Positions 38,716 through 53,085 are shown, counted from the first letter of the whole stretch. The stretch is 63,840 nucleotides of DNA, filler included, from Choristocarpus tenellus KU-1152 (GCA_964200185.2; 13 parts of 13 records of this genome joined end to end with filler, not necessarily neighbours in it); one strand, 5' to 3'. The notes: generated by a model not told the origin, from the sequence alone. Made by a program: numbers and translations.

Positions 38716-41037
38716 GGCCAATTTACGCGAATCCATTCACCTTCCTCCACACCACTTTCCACCACTTTCCACTCCACCCCACCACTCAACACGACTCCAC
38801 AATGGTACAAGAGCACCCCTACATCATCCACTTCAATACAGTGCCTTTGAACTTGAAGAAATCTACTCCGCCCGAACTTGACCTCTTTCCTCTTTCCGCA
38901 GCATCCCAGTTGGTCTTGAGCAATCGAAAGGGTGAGAGGATGGGAAAGATTGCTAGGAGGTTTGTCTTAGTCCTGATTGTCCTGCCCGAACAACCTCACT
39001 CCTAACTCTACTTCCTCCTAGCCACCCAGTACTTAACTGTTCGTTCACCTTTTCATTATTTTCCGTTCTACCTTTATCATCACTTTCCTCCCTATACGTC
39101 ATCCCTTCCAGAATTCTCCCACCCCCAAAACTCAGATTACTTCATAAACGTCCACCTTGATTTGCTCACGAATTCTGGATTATTACATACACTATAATTT
39201 GGTTGGCATTCCACACATTTTACTCCTTCCCCCCAATGTAACACCACCGGTGACCACCAACCAGCTCGACCGACCTTGCTGGATAAGCAGATTAGAGGTA
39301 GAAGTGGTGGAGCCCGCATTTGTCCTGACAGGTGCCATGGGACCTACATACTCTCCGTCAGAAGGGATGAGTACATGGAATCTTAGTGCGAAAATTGTGG
39401 AGGAGGAACGTGTGGGTAAATCCATTCTACTAAGGGGTACGTTTCTGCAGCACATTCTTTAAGCTCCTTCCCGTTGGGTGTCATTTTCAGCAATGTGGAG
39501 AGTGAGGTATTGGATAATGGCAGTAACCGAGCACTGATTCAAAACGCTCTGTTTTGAGCATTACAACAAATGAATTGCTGTAGAAGACGTAGTGGCAATA
39601 GCTGAAGCAGCACCTGACAAAGAGTCGTCTTTGCATCAAAAGAGTGTGTTCCTGGTAAAAGCTCTTATGAATCATTGCAATGCATTCAAGGCAGAGCAAC
39701 CCTGATGGTGCAGACTAGCTGTGAAGTCGCTGTGGACTAGATTTGCATTGTGGTTGTGTGAGTTACAAAATGTTTTGCTATTCAACCTAAGGGTCCCAGC
39801 CGAGTAAACCACATCGACCGAACGGAATGAGACGATCGTAGTCATCTCACCTTCTTGCATGAACTCAGCCAAACCTGCTAAGAGGCAGGAAATATTCCAT
39901 TTTGTATACCCCGAAATTGAAAATTAGGGGACTGTACTTGATTTGGGAAGGACTTGGGCATTGCTGTAGTTGCAACACCGAAGACAAGAAGCTCCCTTAA
40001 GAAATAGAATATGCGTTGGTCCGTCTCTACTCAAATGTCTACTGTAACGACCCTAACCTTAACCCCAATACCAATAACAATCAGGAAGGAGGCAAAGTGT
40101 GAGGTGTTGCAGGTTGGCCAAGTACATGAGGCTCGAAGTATCTGGGGGGGGGGGTGGCGACTGTCCATTTGGGGCCAATTTTTTCATGATTGGGAAGAGC
40201 GNNNNNNNNNNNNNNNNNNNNNNNNNNNNNNNNNNNNNNNNNNNNTTAATTAATTAANNNNNNNNNNNNNNNNNNNNNNNNNNNNNNNNNNNNNNNNNNN
40301 NCGGATTTGAAATGTCAGTAAAAAAAGAGTTGTTTGACCAAAACGGACGACTTCTTTCAAACCACCCCCCCCCCCCAGATACTTTGACCCATATTTCCCT
40401 TGGTGACACACATAACATCTACATGAGGAACTAAGTGCCACACAAGAGCAGCACACCAAGGCCATCGTTGCTGTTGATAGTCCTGTTCTTTGTTGTTCGC
40501 TTCTTCCTCTCAGGTACGTCAAATCCTCTGCCTTTTGGAAGGCATTTGATTGGATGTGACTGAATGAACCTGAAAGTAGTCGTTGAACCAAGAGTTGAAC
40601 ACATGGCATGTCTGCACCTTGTGTACCATACTGGTATACTATCTGCAGTACGTTCAGACAAACCTCGTGCAAACCAATGAGCTCCCCAACCAGGCCTACA
40701 ACGAGGCCTTGGAAGAGGAAGCCGCAGCCACAGTTCTCAGATGACCGATCAATTGGATCAGGGTTGAGATTGCTCATCTTGAAAGCTAACCCTAAGCATC
40801 ATCTAGTCTCTTGACTTGATGATGCTGCACACATAGCAGTTGGTGTTCTTAGGGTTCCTGATCCCCATCAGAATCTCAGGGTCAATCCGCCTGTGAAGAT
40901 AGAGCGGAGGGGTAGTTCAAAGTCTGTTGAGGATGGTGGAGAACTGAAACCTCTGCAGTTTGTGAATTCGCACCCAACTCGAAATAGCTGTGAATGTACT
41001 GATATCTCTGGAAGGAGGTGGCATCCGGCTGAAAATT

Positions 41038-41038
41038 G

Positions 41039-41074
<36 letters not shown>

Positions 41075-41100
41075 TCCTCCTCCTCCTCCTCCTCCTCCTC
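41038..41100. repeat. Compound microsatellite (GCT)n(CCT)n
   Basis: Read directly. Confidence 0.9.
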
Positions 41101-41444
41101 TGATAAGCAGGCGACAATTCTCCTTGCTTTTTGGGGTTGCTCTTGCATCTTACTAGTGGGCGTAGCTTGTGCTTCTTTGTTGCGCAAAACTGGTTCCAAC
41201 CTTTTGCTGCGGCCGTAAAGACTAGCAAAAATAGCCCCAGACAATACAAGCTTTTATCTTACCATAGATGACCACTCCAGCCCGGAGGGGTTGACCGGGA
41301 ACCATTCAGGCTAACACCTGGGAGAAGATCTGAAAGGGATACAAAGTTGAGCAAATGAAACAAACCATATCAGACAGTGGGGTCAATGGCTGAGTGAAGG
41401 CGGTTGTCCTGCCTGGTACGGTTCAAAGACCAAGTTCCAGATGG

Positions 41445-41701
41445 GAGTGAAAGTATCTTAGAGGGTATGAGTTTTGCCCTGTTTGTCCATTTGGGACTTG
41501 GCTTCCCTCGCGGTTTTTATTACATTTTCCTACTCCATATATTTCGGAGTAGGTAAAATATAGATGTTATGAAAAGGTGTGTTTGGAACAAGGGTGTTGA
41601 CACCTCCTAATAAACAAGGTAGCCAAAATTACATTGAACTTGCAAAACTGAATTTTGGCCCCCAAATGGACGCAGCTCTACCCTCTAAGATACTTTGGCT
41701 C
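41445..41701 (+). mobile_element. Family-A MITE
   Basis: 257 bp; TSD ATGG/ATGG. Confidence 0.92.
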
Positions 41702-42208
41702 ATGGTAAATGCCGGCCAAGTTTGCTCTACTGTCCACACCCCAGCCAGTTCTTTCTCAACTTTTTCGATGGCAATGATGGTGCAACTGTACTGAAAGTGG
41801 TCAGTCTTGAAGAGGTGTTTCACATGGATAGTACCCTAGAATGTTGAAAAAACAGTTTCAGAGTGGGACAGCAGTTATCCTGACAAGATATGGCGAGAAA
41901 TGTGAGCCAACCAGCAAGGTCATACCACAAGGTGACTCTATAGAACTAACTTCTGAACAATAAAGTGGATGAAAATAACTACAGTCTCCTTTGGTGCAGC
42001 ACATCGACTTTGTACAGATCTCGAACAAGGAGGGCAATGGGGGTACTCTTTATCCCTTTCAATAGTGCTGTCTGCACCACCTTGATACCGTGGAACATGG
42101 AGACACAGGAGCTGCGAATTAGTGTACTAGCCCCTTCTCCTTTGTATGTATCATACCCTACCATGTTGATCCACCTCTATGTTATCTGGTCTGGTATACA
42201 TGTATGTT

Positions 42209-42243
<35 letters not shown>

Positions 42244-42333
42244 GTGCTTGTGAATATTCTCTCGGTTCAACCATGTCCCACCCAAACATGGTGTAAAATA
42301 CATACGTTGATCCTGCCCAAATATAACACCATT

Positions 42334-42592
42334 GATTCAAAGTATCTTAGAGGGTAGGGGCGCGTCCAATTGTGGGCCAAAATCCAATGTTGCAATTTTG
42401 ATGTAATTTTAGCTATCGTCTTTGTTAGGAGATGTCAATATCCTTGTTCCGGGCACTCCTTTTCATAACGTATACATTTTACCTACTACGAACCATTTTG
42501 GAGTAGATCAGATGTCATTATAAACCCGTGGGAAGCCAAGCCCCAAATGAACAAATAGGGAAAAACTTGTACGCTCTAAGATACTTTCACTC
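42334..42592 (-). mobile_element. Family-A MITE (reverse orientation)
   Basis: 259 bp with both TIRs; TSD not conserved (CATT/AAAT). Confidence 0.88.
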
Positions 42593-42619
42593 AAATACTT
42601 GGAAATACTTTTGTCCCAT

Positions 42620-42940
42620 GACATCCGGTTAGAAGGGTCCTTGATGCCCAACAATGTTGAGCGTTATTATACTCTCTCACTTCCTTTCCTTCAGCTACTT
42701 GAGCTCTGCAATGTCTGTTCGATTTCGTCTATGAACCCATACTATCTGTAGTCGAGGAGGATCGTAGCTCTTGGGGCCATGCTTCCAGGGAGATATTTAC
42801 ACAGGGACCTCGTCCTCCGCACGGCCTCAATGGACTCGTTCTAATTCCTTCTATGCTCCCCTGCTGTCAGGGTTCCCGTTGTTCTCGAATTGCTCCATGA
42901 TTGATGCCGCGGACCCTCTTGTTGCTTGGACCAGCAAAAA
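42620..42940 (-). mobile_element. Possible Copia gag remnant
   Basis: Minus-strand LVQATRGSAASIMEQFENNGNPDSRGA*KELE resembles the Copia gag 'A..I......DG..AW..L' motif. Flanked by MITEs. Confidence 0.35.
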
Positions 42941-43009
42941 CCATAGAAGTATCTTGTTCTTTTTGTAGTTCTCGTGTGTTATTCGTTCCTATCCCATTGG
43001 TGTCTTTGA

Positions 43010-43268
43010 GAGTGAAATTATCTTGGAGGGTACAAGTTTTTCCCTGTTTGTCCATTTGGGACTTGGTTTACCACGAGTTTTTAATGACTTTTTACCTACT
43101 ACAAAACATTTTGGAGTAGGTAAGATGTATACGCTATGAAACGGTGTGTCCGGAACAGAGGATATTGACATCTCCTAACAAACATGTAGCCAAAGTTACA
43201 TCATAATTGTAACATTGGATTTTGGCCCCCAAATGGACGCAACCCTACCCTCTAAGATACTTTGACTC
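43010..43268 (+). mobile_element. Family-A MITE
   Basis: 259 bp with both TIRs; flanks share TGA. Confidence 0.88.
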
Positions 43269-43727
43269 TGAGAGTTCAATGACCATGTATTTGTGTAAAA
43301 TAGGGAAATAGTGAGGCGTACCTTATTTTGTACATGTGAGATTATTGCGTTGAATTGAGTCCAAATGATGTCACTAAGAGATAGTACATCTGAACTATCT
43401 ATGGAGTTCAATATTATAGTTAAACTGTTCTGATGCAAATAATGACCCAAAGTATCTGGGAGGGGGGGGGGGGGTCTTCACAANNNNNNNNNNNNNNNNN
43501 NNNNNNNNNNNNNNNNNNNNNNNNNNNTTAATTAATTAANNNNNNNNNNNNNNNNNNNNNNNNNNNNNNNNNNNNNNNNNNNNCCCCCCCCAGATACTTT
43601 GAGTGAGAAGTATTCCACTCCTGCCACTTCCTTGGAACTGACTAGTATTTCAATCATTAACACAGCAACTTGTTAGCAGACCATCTTAACACTACTACTG
43701 CTGTCGTACATGACTTGCATTTTTTGC

Positions 43728-44012
43728 GAGGTGAGATTGTCTTAGAGGGTACAAGTTTTACCTTGTTTGTTCGTTTGGGGCTTGGCCTTCCACGTTTTTT
43801 ATGGCATTTTCCTATTCCGAAACGTTGCTTCGGAATAGGAAAATGCATACATTTTGGATTAGGTTTCATGTATAAAACTATGAAAAGATGTGCCCGGAAC
43901 AAGGATATTGACGCTTTTTAAGAACCGCGATTGCCAAAATTACATCAAAATCGCAACATTGGATTTTGGCCCCCAAACGGACGTGGCTCTACCCTCCAAG
44001 ATACTTTGACTC
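43728..44012 (+). mobile_element. Family-A MITE (degenerate left end, small internal insertion)
   Basis: GTCTTAGAGGGTACAAGTTTT ... CTACCCTCCAAGATACTTTGACTC. Confidence 0.85.
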
Positions 44013-47000
44013 ATTGGCATTATCAAATGATACTACTTTGAAGTATAATAGCAGGAGTAGTGCAGCAACCTCTCTACCCCCTACTTTGCCAGGAGGTATG
44101 CTTCGCATCATCCATTAAGGATTGATTGGGAGAAAAATATATTGTCGAAAATGAGAAGCATGTATTATGGGGCAATGTGTGTGTACGTTACTGTCATTCG
44201 GTTAGACAGTATCGCAATGTGTGTCCGACATAAGGATACTTCAGGCATGTATATATATATATTTCAAGTAGTATGTATTTTGGGGAGGTGTCTTAGTATC
44301 GAGGAGAACTACTCTTTCATTTACAGTAGTTGTTGTAATGTAGTTGTGCTTTTCCCTCATACACTTACGATATCTGCAAAATATCATAAGGCAAAAAAAT
44401 AAATAAAATATTAATAGTAATAATAATAATATTAATGCAACAAAATACTTCACACCACCAAGTGCCCTCTATATAGGCAGCACGTATTGCAATAGGTATT
44501 ATCATTTTACCCCCAGCTACACTGTGCAATCGTTGTATACTGCTGTATCATCACCAAATATTACTTCGTTATGCCAGCCTACTTCTGTCAACCAAAGCAA
44601 TGTGGAAGCACCATTTTAATACTATATAATAACAGTACTTATAGGTGAACCACCCCTTTGTGTCCACATACGCATGTGTTGTTATTTGATAAATAAAACT
44701 AGTGGGGAGTACGTTAAGTGGTGCGTCATACGTATATATATCCTCTGGATTACTCTACGCTGAGTGGTACACCTTAATATCTTAATGAGGTAGTTGCGTA
44801 TGAAGTTCTAGGTACTATGCAGTATGATTATACGATGAACGAAATACATTGTTGAGTATTTTTGGGAGTTTACCGACGGGTGGAGTAGGAGTGACTGTAA
44901 TGATCTGAGGATCAACATATATATATATATATAAACTAATAACGACATATGTATAGTTTTCATTGGTTTCCCCCCTGACACATCTGCAAAATGCCAGAGG
45001 GCATAATAATATAATATATATGATGGACCAATTTTGGCTATTTTCCGTTGTCTCTATTCATTCCACTATTCTTATAATACCACCATTCCATCTTGCACTT
45101 TGTATATACATACACACACACATTGAAGAGATGGGCAAGTATCCATTAGCGGATACCTAACACTTTCTCAGAAACGAACCCATATTATTCTGCTCAAGTA
45201 CGAATTCTAAAATTCTGGGTTAGGGGCTATGGAGGGGAATCTATGACGATTATAACATTAATATACTTCAGAGTATATAGATGAGAGGCATTTTGAGTCA
45301 ATGTATCTAGTGCTATGAAAAATATCTGAGTCAAACCAACTGGGAGGTAGGGTTAGGGTTGCATTTTAAGGATGTTGAGAAAGGCAATAAGATAACATTT
45401 TGTACAACTACAAAAATAGCTTAGCTGAATTATGGCGTCACTTTGTGCGTGGAACGGGGGGATATATTTGGACACACTACTATTGTGCATATAAAGCAAT
45501 GAGATATTGCACAAGGTAAGATAGATAAGGTTTAGAATGGAAAAGGATCTAAACCTGCTTTCCTCTCAATCGATTTGGCTCAGATGCCTCTTGGTCAGTT
45601 TTCCATCCAATATGAAAAACCAGCTAGGTCTCAATGACCAACACATTTGGTTCCTTTTCCCTCGGTTTGGGTGTAATGGGGCCGTCGTATGATACTGTGG
45701 TGGTGGCAAGGGTCCACTATCTGAGCTTGAACTCTTGCAAAACGTTCGAAATATTTCATGTGCTTTATGTATGTTTCCTTCTAAACCTTTTGTTGTAGGT
45801 GTTGCTTCTCTTTGTCATCGGAGGGTCAAATTTAATCACTGAGGTAACAATTTTAATGAAAAGACAAGCGGTGCCTGGATATTCTGTACGATGCATGAGT
45901 AGTATTTTCAAGCATGATATTCAAGATGCTACAGATAGACAGTATGTCGTATCCCTGGGTGTTGCCTTGATCCTCAAGGGGGTACAACTTCACTTACTCT
46001 TTGGGGGCAATTCAGTTTCCTTTCAAGTTCGTACCACGACTAATCTTTACTACAATTCATAATGAAGCGGGTATGTCACTATTGGAGTCCCTCCAAGATA
46101 CACATCACCACTCATTCTACCAAGCATATCTTGTACAAGATTGAAACCACTATGATGGTGTCTTATTGGTTTGATACAATCAAAATTTCAGCCCTATTCC
46201 TTAGCTGCCAAGGTACAATTCTGTAGTAGACAGTAGCAGCACCAACTATGTTCTTCAATACTCTCCACTTCACAAATGCATGCAAGCAACATGTAAGGTA
46301 TGATCATAACACACACCACCACCTTGCTCGATAACCAACCTGCACACAGCCACAGGACTCTGTATACTGCACTGCTAAAGGAAACAATAGTTGATGTTGA
46401 ACTCTTCAAATCGTTGCCAATCTCCAGAATAAGAATGCTACTACAACTTCATCCGAATAACTCAAAGATGTAGCCTCAAGAATATTATTTTATTTCTTCC
46501 AAAACTAGACCTGCACTAGTGTTCACAGAGGTAGACATTCACCACTGCAGCAAGGGTTGTTCTTATCGCCAAGAAAAATCTGGGCCTTTTTCTTACCACA
46601 GGGAAAATGATACGTTGCCTGTATGTAATGTTTCTTTAATAAAAGTGTAACGTTCCAACATTACAAAAAAATATTAGACTTTTTTTTTCTGTTTCTGCTA
46701 AACGGTGACAAAAAATATTCGTCCGTCACTCAGAACTAAGAACATCTAAAAAAAAAACGGTAAAAGAGGGCTTAAATCATCGTGCATGATTATGATGCAC
46801 CTCCCGAAGCAGTTTTGACTTCCAACAGTCATCTCTTTTTTGCTATATTAGATTGCTCGACTAATAGCAACACTACCATGGGTTTAAATTAAAGCACACA
46901 TACTTCACAATTTGCAGGAGAAGTACAAGCGAGGGTAACTTTACACATATATCATCTCCCAAAGATGAGAAGAATATCAATCTTGTTCTTTTTGATGTTT

Positions 47001-47954
47001 TTTGTAGGCCCTTTTCCACCAGAGCTCTACATCTTCGACAAACTTCACAGGTCATTTAATCAGTCGCAGACACACACTCCGGTAGTTTCCTCTCCCTGTC
47101 CAGGTCTGGGTTCACCTTTACTACCAAGAAATCACACTTAACAAGAAACATCAAACACTTAACTACTTTGTAGCTAACTTTAGGGCAGGCATGAAACACA
47201 CTTCCTGCTTCATCAACCGCCTGGACTAACACTAACAGGGCCAGAGTTTGCAAGGCGATGGTCCTCCCAAAGAAGCACACAGAATGCGGAAATCCTCAGC
47301 AGGCTCTCAAGAAACATTTCTTTTTTATTTCTTGTAAACCTTCATCCCCGCCCAAAAACCAAAACACAACTGAGCACTAAAAGATGGTCCCTGCCACGTA
47401 GCAAAGTCAACCCCCCCCCCCCAATGTTCCAATTCATCAAACTCCCCACAAATCACATTTCAGGCTGAATGCAAGGAACATAAAAAAAACTTTCCTGGTC
47501 CCTCCCCTCCCCCCCCCCAACAAACTCTTCATTTCTTGACTTAGGAGATTACACGACACCCGTCCTCACGAAGGCCGTTCACCTCATCATCTCATACCAC
47601 TACTAGAATTAGTATTAGTAGTATAATAATAGTAATTACTGTATATGCTCACAGGTCAACCTCTCAACTAATAGAGTGCCCAATGGATGAAACGCCTTCC
47701 AATAAACCTCATGTCACAGAGAGTTATTTATGCATATTATCCAGAAAGCAATCAAGTGACATACTAACCCCCCTCTCCCACCCCCAAAATCGACTTCATC
47801 CTCATTCCGTGAAATGAAACATGGCAACCCAAACTCCTAACACTATTGTACTTGGTGAAAAAATCTGCACTCCCCCCCCCTCTCCCATCTAAATCAACTC
47901 TGCACTGTCGGAACTATACCCCCCCTCCCCCCCAAAAAAGAACAAAATCTGTGA

Positions 47955-48059
47955 TCAGAAACGTAAAACACGTAGAGAATATAACTCCATGGATTTACTG
48001 CGACGGGCCTTAACGTCTTGTCTCTGGTTCCTTGCAAGCTCTTCAACTAGGGCACAGAC
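47955..48059 (-). CDS. Possible terminal exon of an unidentified gene
   Basis: CTTCCAG acceptor followed by VCALVEELARNQRQDVKARRSKSMELYSLRVLRF-stop. The downstream sequence looks like a long non-coding 3' UTR. No family recognised. Confidence 0.3.
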   Translation of the reverse strand, partial: VCALVEELARNQRQDVKARRSKSMELYSLRVLRF

Positions 48060-51000
48060 CTGGAAGCCCAAGGATGAACAGGACCGGTAGGGGTACAATA
48101 GGTTAGGTTGGTTCAATCTCTGGTTAGGCAGGTAAGCTATCTATCTAGGTAGTGCATCTAGGGAAAGGGGAGGTGTTTGGCCAGCAAGAGGATAGACACT
48201 GCGCTTTTTCTTTTTATTAAGTAGGGATTTACCGGTGTTTTTGATCCAGTGCTGATTCTTTTAATCATATTTTTTGTATTCATAGCCCTGTTTGCCATTT
48301 CTATTACACTCTTTGATGTATTTCTAGATTCAACACCAACGGAATACACTTTAGCTTGCTGCTTGCTCAGATCCCACAATATCACAAATTTTACAAGTAT
48401 ATAGAAGTATCTCCACCACACACATGGCATGGTTACCAATGCCGCCTGAGAACAGAGTACAACCTATCCAAAAGCACAAAATTTCCCTCTACCCCCCCCA
48501 TTCCCGTGCAGGTGGGACACCCAGGGTTTTCCTTGTTCTGTCCCAATCGTTTAGTAGTTGATGGTGGGGGCACGCATGGGTTTATTCATATTGGAGAAGG
48601 GCGTGAACTTTGGGGGGTGGGGGGTGAATTGAAATGTGCGCCAAACAAGAGCAAAACAAAAATGAACAAATATATGTAGTAGGGTCAAGTTTCCATTGGA
48701 TTACTATAGATACTGTTCTGATGCCCAGGAAGGCGTTTATGCACCTACAAAATAAGAAGAAAAAATCAGAAGCTGTAAAATATTAAAAAAAATCAAATTC
48801 AAAGCGCAACGACACAAAATGGTCCTCAAGTGCATGCCATTTAAAGGAAAATAAACTTCCTTACATTTTTTTAAAGCAGGTTTTACACCAATGGGGGGGG
48901 GGGGGAGAGGGTTTTGACAGAGTTCTCATCGCATAAAAAAAGGGGCAATCTATTGATTTTCAGACATTCAGAAGCCCAGACGACTCAAGAAACATCACAT
49001 ACAAGGACCTCATAAACTGCAATATTTCACAAGACTTTTCTAATTTAAATTCCCAACTCTACGACTAGCACATTCCCCCCTTGACATAAAGTAACCTATA
49101 CATTTTACTTCTCGAATCAACTTGCAGAAAACAAAAAAATGAGCCTAAGAACTATATATGTAAGTATTTTTTCAAAACATCCACTCGTCCAATAAATTCC
49201 ACACAGCATTAAGCAAGTCCAATAAAAAAAACAAAACAGTGGGTGATGTTTCTGACAATACAGACAACCTCAGCGACAAGAATTCTCCTCAAAAACACGG
49301 CACAGTAGTCCCCAACACTTCATCGCTTCCGTGGGTGCGAGCCCTAACCCTTTCCCCACAGGATAGCACCACACTCCTTGGTCACCCTTTCCCCACACAC
49401 AATACCTGTACCCCAAAAGAGCGCACCTCACACAGGAGCCCAATCTGCTCTACCTCACTCTCTACAACCTCCTTGAGCCCCTGAAGAGCAGCAGTAAGCT
49501 CCTGGTCCCTTCCCCCCCCCCTCCCCCCCACTGCCAAAGCTGCAAATTGTGCGTCAAGGATCGCAGCCGNNNNNNNNNNNNNNNNNNNNNNNNNNNNNNN
49601 NNNNNNNNNNNNNTTAATTAATTAANNNNNNNNNNNNNNNNNNNNNNNNNNNNNNNNNNNNNNNNNNNNAAATTTCTCAAGGCTACAATAGTGTGTGTGG
49701 GGGGGGGGAGGGGAGGGGAGGGAAGGAGGAAGGGGCAGGGAAAGGACAATGAGGTGTAGTCCTAGTCCTGTAGTAGGGAACACTGCTTTGGCTTGAGGCA
49801 AGGTATCTTTGGCTCAATGATGAGGAATGTGTGAGAGATATATATGGAGCAGCCCTAATCTCTACATATAAAATACTTGATCCACAGAAACTTGATAGAC
49901 CTTTGCCATTCAGCACATGTACCCATCCAATCTTATTCAATCTTATTGCATGGAATGTACAGCAAATATTGACCAACTGAGGTTCTGTTGAACTTCACTA
50001 AATCATTTTTCAGGTCTTAACAAAGTGAGACAAATATACATAACATAGTCAGTATCACAGAGGATTGTTTCAATGCCTTACAAAAAAAGAACAATCTGGT
50101 TAGCATTAGGACAAGAGTACCCCACCCCTCCCCTCCCCCCATGCTTGCTCTCTTCTTCGTGGGTTGTGTGTATGTATATGTGTTCGTGTATGTATGCAGG
50201 TTGGCACATGGGTATTTGTGCATGAGATATTATCACAAAAATTAAAGCTGTAAGGCTGGAGCTGGAGTGAGTGACCTAACCCTAAGCACAAATCTGACGA
50301 GTCAAATATTAATCTTTCCCCCTAGATGTGCAGATCAACCACTGTATCACTCAATAGTGAGTCATGCCATGATTGTTTGAGTCTTGTGCCTGATCGCAGA
50401 TCATTTAGACACAAGTCAACTCAATTACTTGGGTGGCACAAGCAAACTACAACGCAAACACATTGCATGCAGGTTCATTCAACAGGTGGCTCAAATCATG
50501 TATGCATGGTCATCGTGACGAGAAAGTATGCTTCGAATCAATCCTTCAAATGAATCAACCAAAATAAGAGCCATTTTCTACGAAAATGTGGGGCTTTACG
50601 ACATGAAGAAGGGCACAGTCCAGTCGAAATGGAATCAATCATAAATATAATGACAAACTAACAACATACACCCACACGGGTAAAATGTTACAAAATTTAC
50701 TATTCCTGGCTGCAGATCATCTTGACATCTGGATCAACATTGATTTGAAGGATCTATGAGTGATTCATGCATGCTACTAAATATAGGAGTTGTACACCAA
50801 TCAACAACTGTCCAAGACTTTGCAACAACGATGTATGAGTTGAAGATGTTTGTCAGGTAGACACAGATGGTTTGAAACCTTCCACAGGACATAGAAATCG
50901 GGACTTGAGTCATTTGAGAATGTTCTAAATGCAGTGAGTTTTGATGTACGGACGAGTTAACTCAGGAATGGTCTGATATGTGGTGTTGTGGATAAGTGGA

Positions 51001-51423
51001 AATTCGTTGACAGTCTAAGTTCATATGTTGGAGCGATGGCCACATCTGAGGGCTGCAGCCTTGCTTGGCTTGTAAGCTGACAGGGATTGCATCCGATACA
51101 ATATAAAATAACGTTGTGTTCATTTATACAGAAATAATCTTGCATTGGCCGCCTGCCTCCACAGGGGAAGGTCCAGTTGGTGTCTTTGGAAGCAGAGAAC
51201 GTCTGCATGGACCACATCCTAACCCTAACCCTAAGTCAAGAAGCAGGAAAACTATTTTAACTCCCCACCACGAACGCGTCCTCAACCTTTTTGAGTGAAG
51301 TGCTACGGAAGTGCTAAAAATTCATGGACCGAGCACATGAAGAACGCTATTACAAGAGATACTTGTGGAGAGGGTTGAAAACGCAGGAGGATGGTGTTAA
51401 CAAGTGCACACCTCATGCATCAC

Positions 51424-52202
51424 CTGGATCACGGTGCCATAGAGAAGGTAGTCGATATCTTTGGGATCGAGCTCGGGGTTCCTATTTAGCAGCCCTCGCA
51501 CCGACAACTTCCCAAGATCCACCGCCAGGTAGTCTCTGCCACAAAAAAAAGTGCCAACATCATATGTCCACGATTAAGGGACACTGTTAGAGCAATTGCA
51601 AAGTACTCTGGATAAGAATGGGATCAGGGAACCGAAAGAGTAAGGCGCGAGTGTCTAGATATGGAGGACTTTTGGGTAGAGTATAACCTAGCCAGTCTAA
51701 GACATAATCGCCAGGATCACTCTACGATATAAAACTTGCTCAATCCGAATGAGCTTCAAGTTGGAACAAGCTTGCCACCAAAATATGCAATGGTACGTAA
51801 ACAACATAACAATCTGGATCTCAGGTCCATGTTTCATTGTGCAGGTGAACATGCAGTGTGAGGCTACGAAGATTTATCCCGGTGGAAAACCTGGCGATTG
51901 ACAGCGGAGCAGATGCCACTCTAATAGAGCCTCTGACTCGCATAACATTCCCTCATGGACCCGCAAGTCCAAGGTTGAGCCCGAAACGAAATTTCACCTA
52001 TTCCTTCCTAGTGTCGGGACTACAACAATAACAACAGGGTGCAGATGAAAATAACTGAGGCGCACTTGTAGACTGTGTTGCTCATGGCGAAGGGGATCCT
52101 GGCACCGTCAATGAACACCGCGGTCCTTCCCGTTGGCACAGTCGAGAGCAAGCGTCGCCCTGTTGTCCCTACCATACCTTCAACAGCCCGTGCCGAAATC
52201 AT
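51424..52202 (-). CDS. HADHB: Acetyl-CoA acyltransferase/thiolase, mitochondrial trifunctional enzyme beta-subunit type; first two exons
   Basis: Exon 1 52066-52202 (MISARAVEGMVGTTGRRLLSTVPTGRTAVFIDGARIPFAMSNTVY, presequence-like N-terminus, donor AA|GTGCGC). Exon 2 51424-51535 (K-DYLAVDLGKLSVRGLLNRNPELDPKDIDYLLYGTVIQ, CAG acceptor, phase-2 join, donor GTGATG). DGxRxPF and DYxxxGTVIQ are HADHB-type thiolase N-terminal motifs. No further exons were recognised in the contig. Confidence 0.88.
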
Positions 52203-53085
52203 TGCACTAGGAAATTGGAAGCAAATTTTTGCAGCAATAAGATAAGCGAAGGATCACGTCTGAAATTGGGCAGTTGTCCAGTTGTGGAAGAGTGTGGCCT
52301 TTACACAATTGGACATTGCAAACAAGTTTTGAGGGGTTTCTTTTGAACTGCAACTTGTAGACTGTTGAAGATGCCCTAACCCTACAACAACAGGAAAGTT
52401 CACAAGTTTTTAGACCTAACCCTACTACTGTATCAATACGGTAGTCGATACGGCACATCAACCATTATCCTTAACTAGTTGTGGTGATATCAGTGAGGTT
52501 GTACATGCTGCCCAAGTGTGGGGGGCGATGTGGCTCATGAGTATTAGGGCATTCATACTGTTGCAGATCAAGCCAGTGCATTTGCTGGGTCTTAAGCACG
52601 CAAATCAAGTGGTGAGGTCGACATGGTTCCATAATGGTGAGAGGATTGGTGTGTGGAAACACCTCCTTTCGTGCTTGGACAACATGTGCGGTGCCATTGA
52701 GCAGTCTTTATGGGTATTTCCATTTTTTACACCTTTCTGTGCCAACCTCTTTTAAAACTGCTGGTGGTAGCCTCTTTTGACTCTACGGCGATGAAGAACT
52801 TGTGTAGCACAGTCATCTGTTCAAATGGTTGTTGATTCGATGGCATATACTCCAATAGAGAAAACTCAAGTACGGAGCACCAGTATATTCTGTATGTTGC
52901 ATCACTTCAACGTATGTAATACTTACCCTGCTCGAGATAATTCATAGTATGTTGTTTCCCACTGTTGCTCCTCTCACTCTTGCCAAGGAATCCCTCTCTC
53001 AAGACGGAGCCTAGCAACCCATGCACCACATAGCCGCTTAGGCACCACAAGATATCTTAATGCGATTTCTGACTCCAAAACAGCG

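Noticed and set aside
39672-39872. FCNSHNH as a MULE/FAR1-type zinc finger
   Set aside because: A single short motif with no transposase core nearby; insufficient support.
40882-41249. Poly-E/poly-Q (or poly-A/P/C/S) ORFs
   Set aside because: Several frames are open only because of the (GCT)n(CCT)n microsatellite. No domain or convincing exon boundaries were identified.
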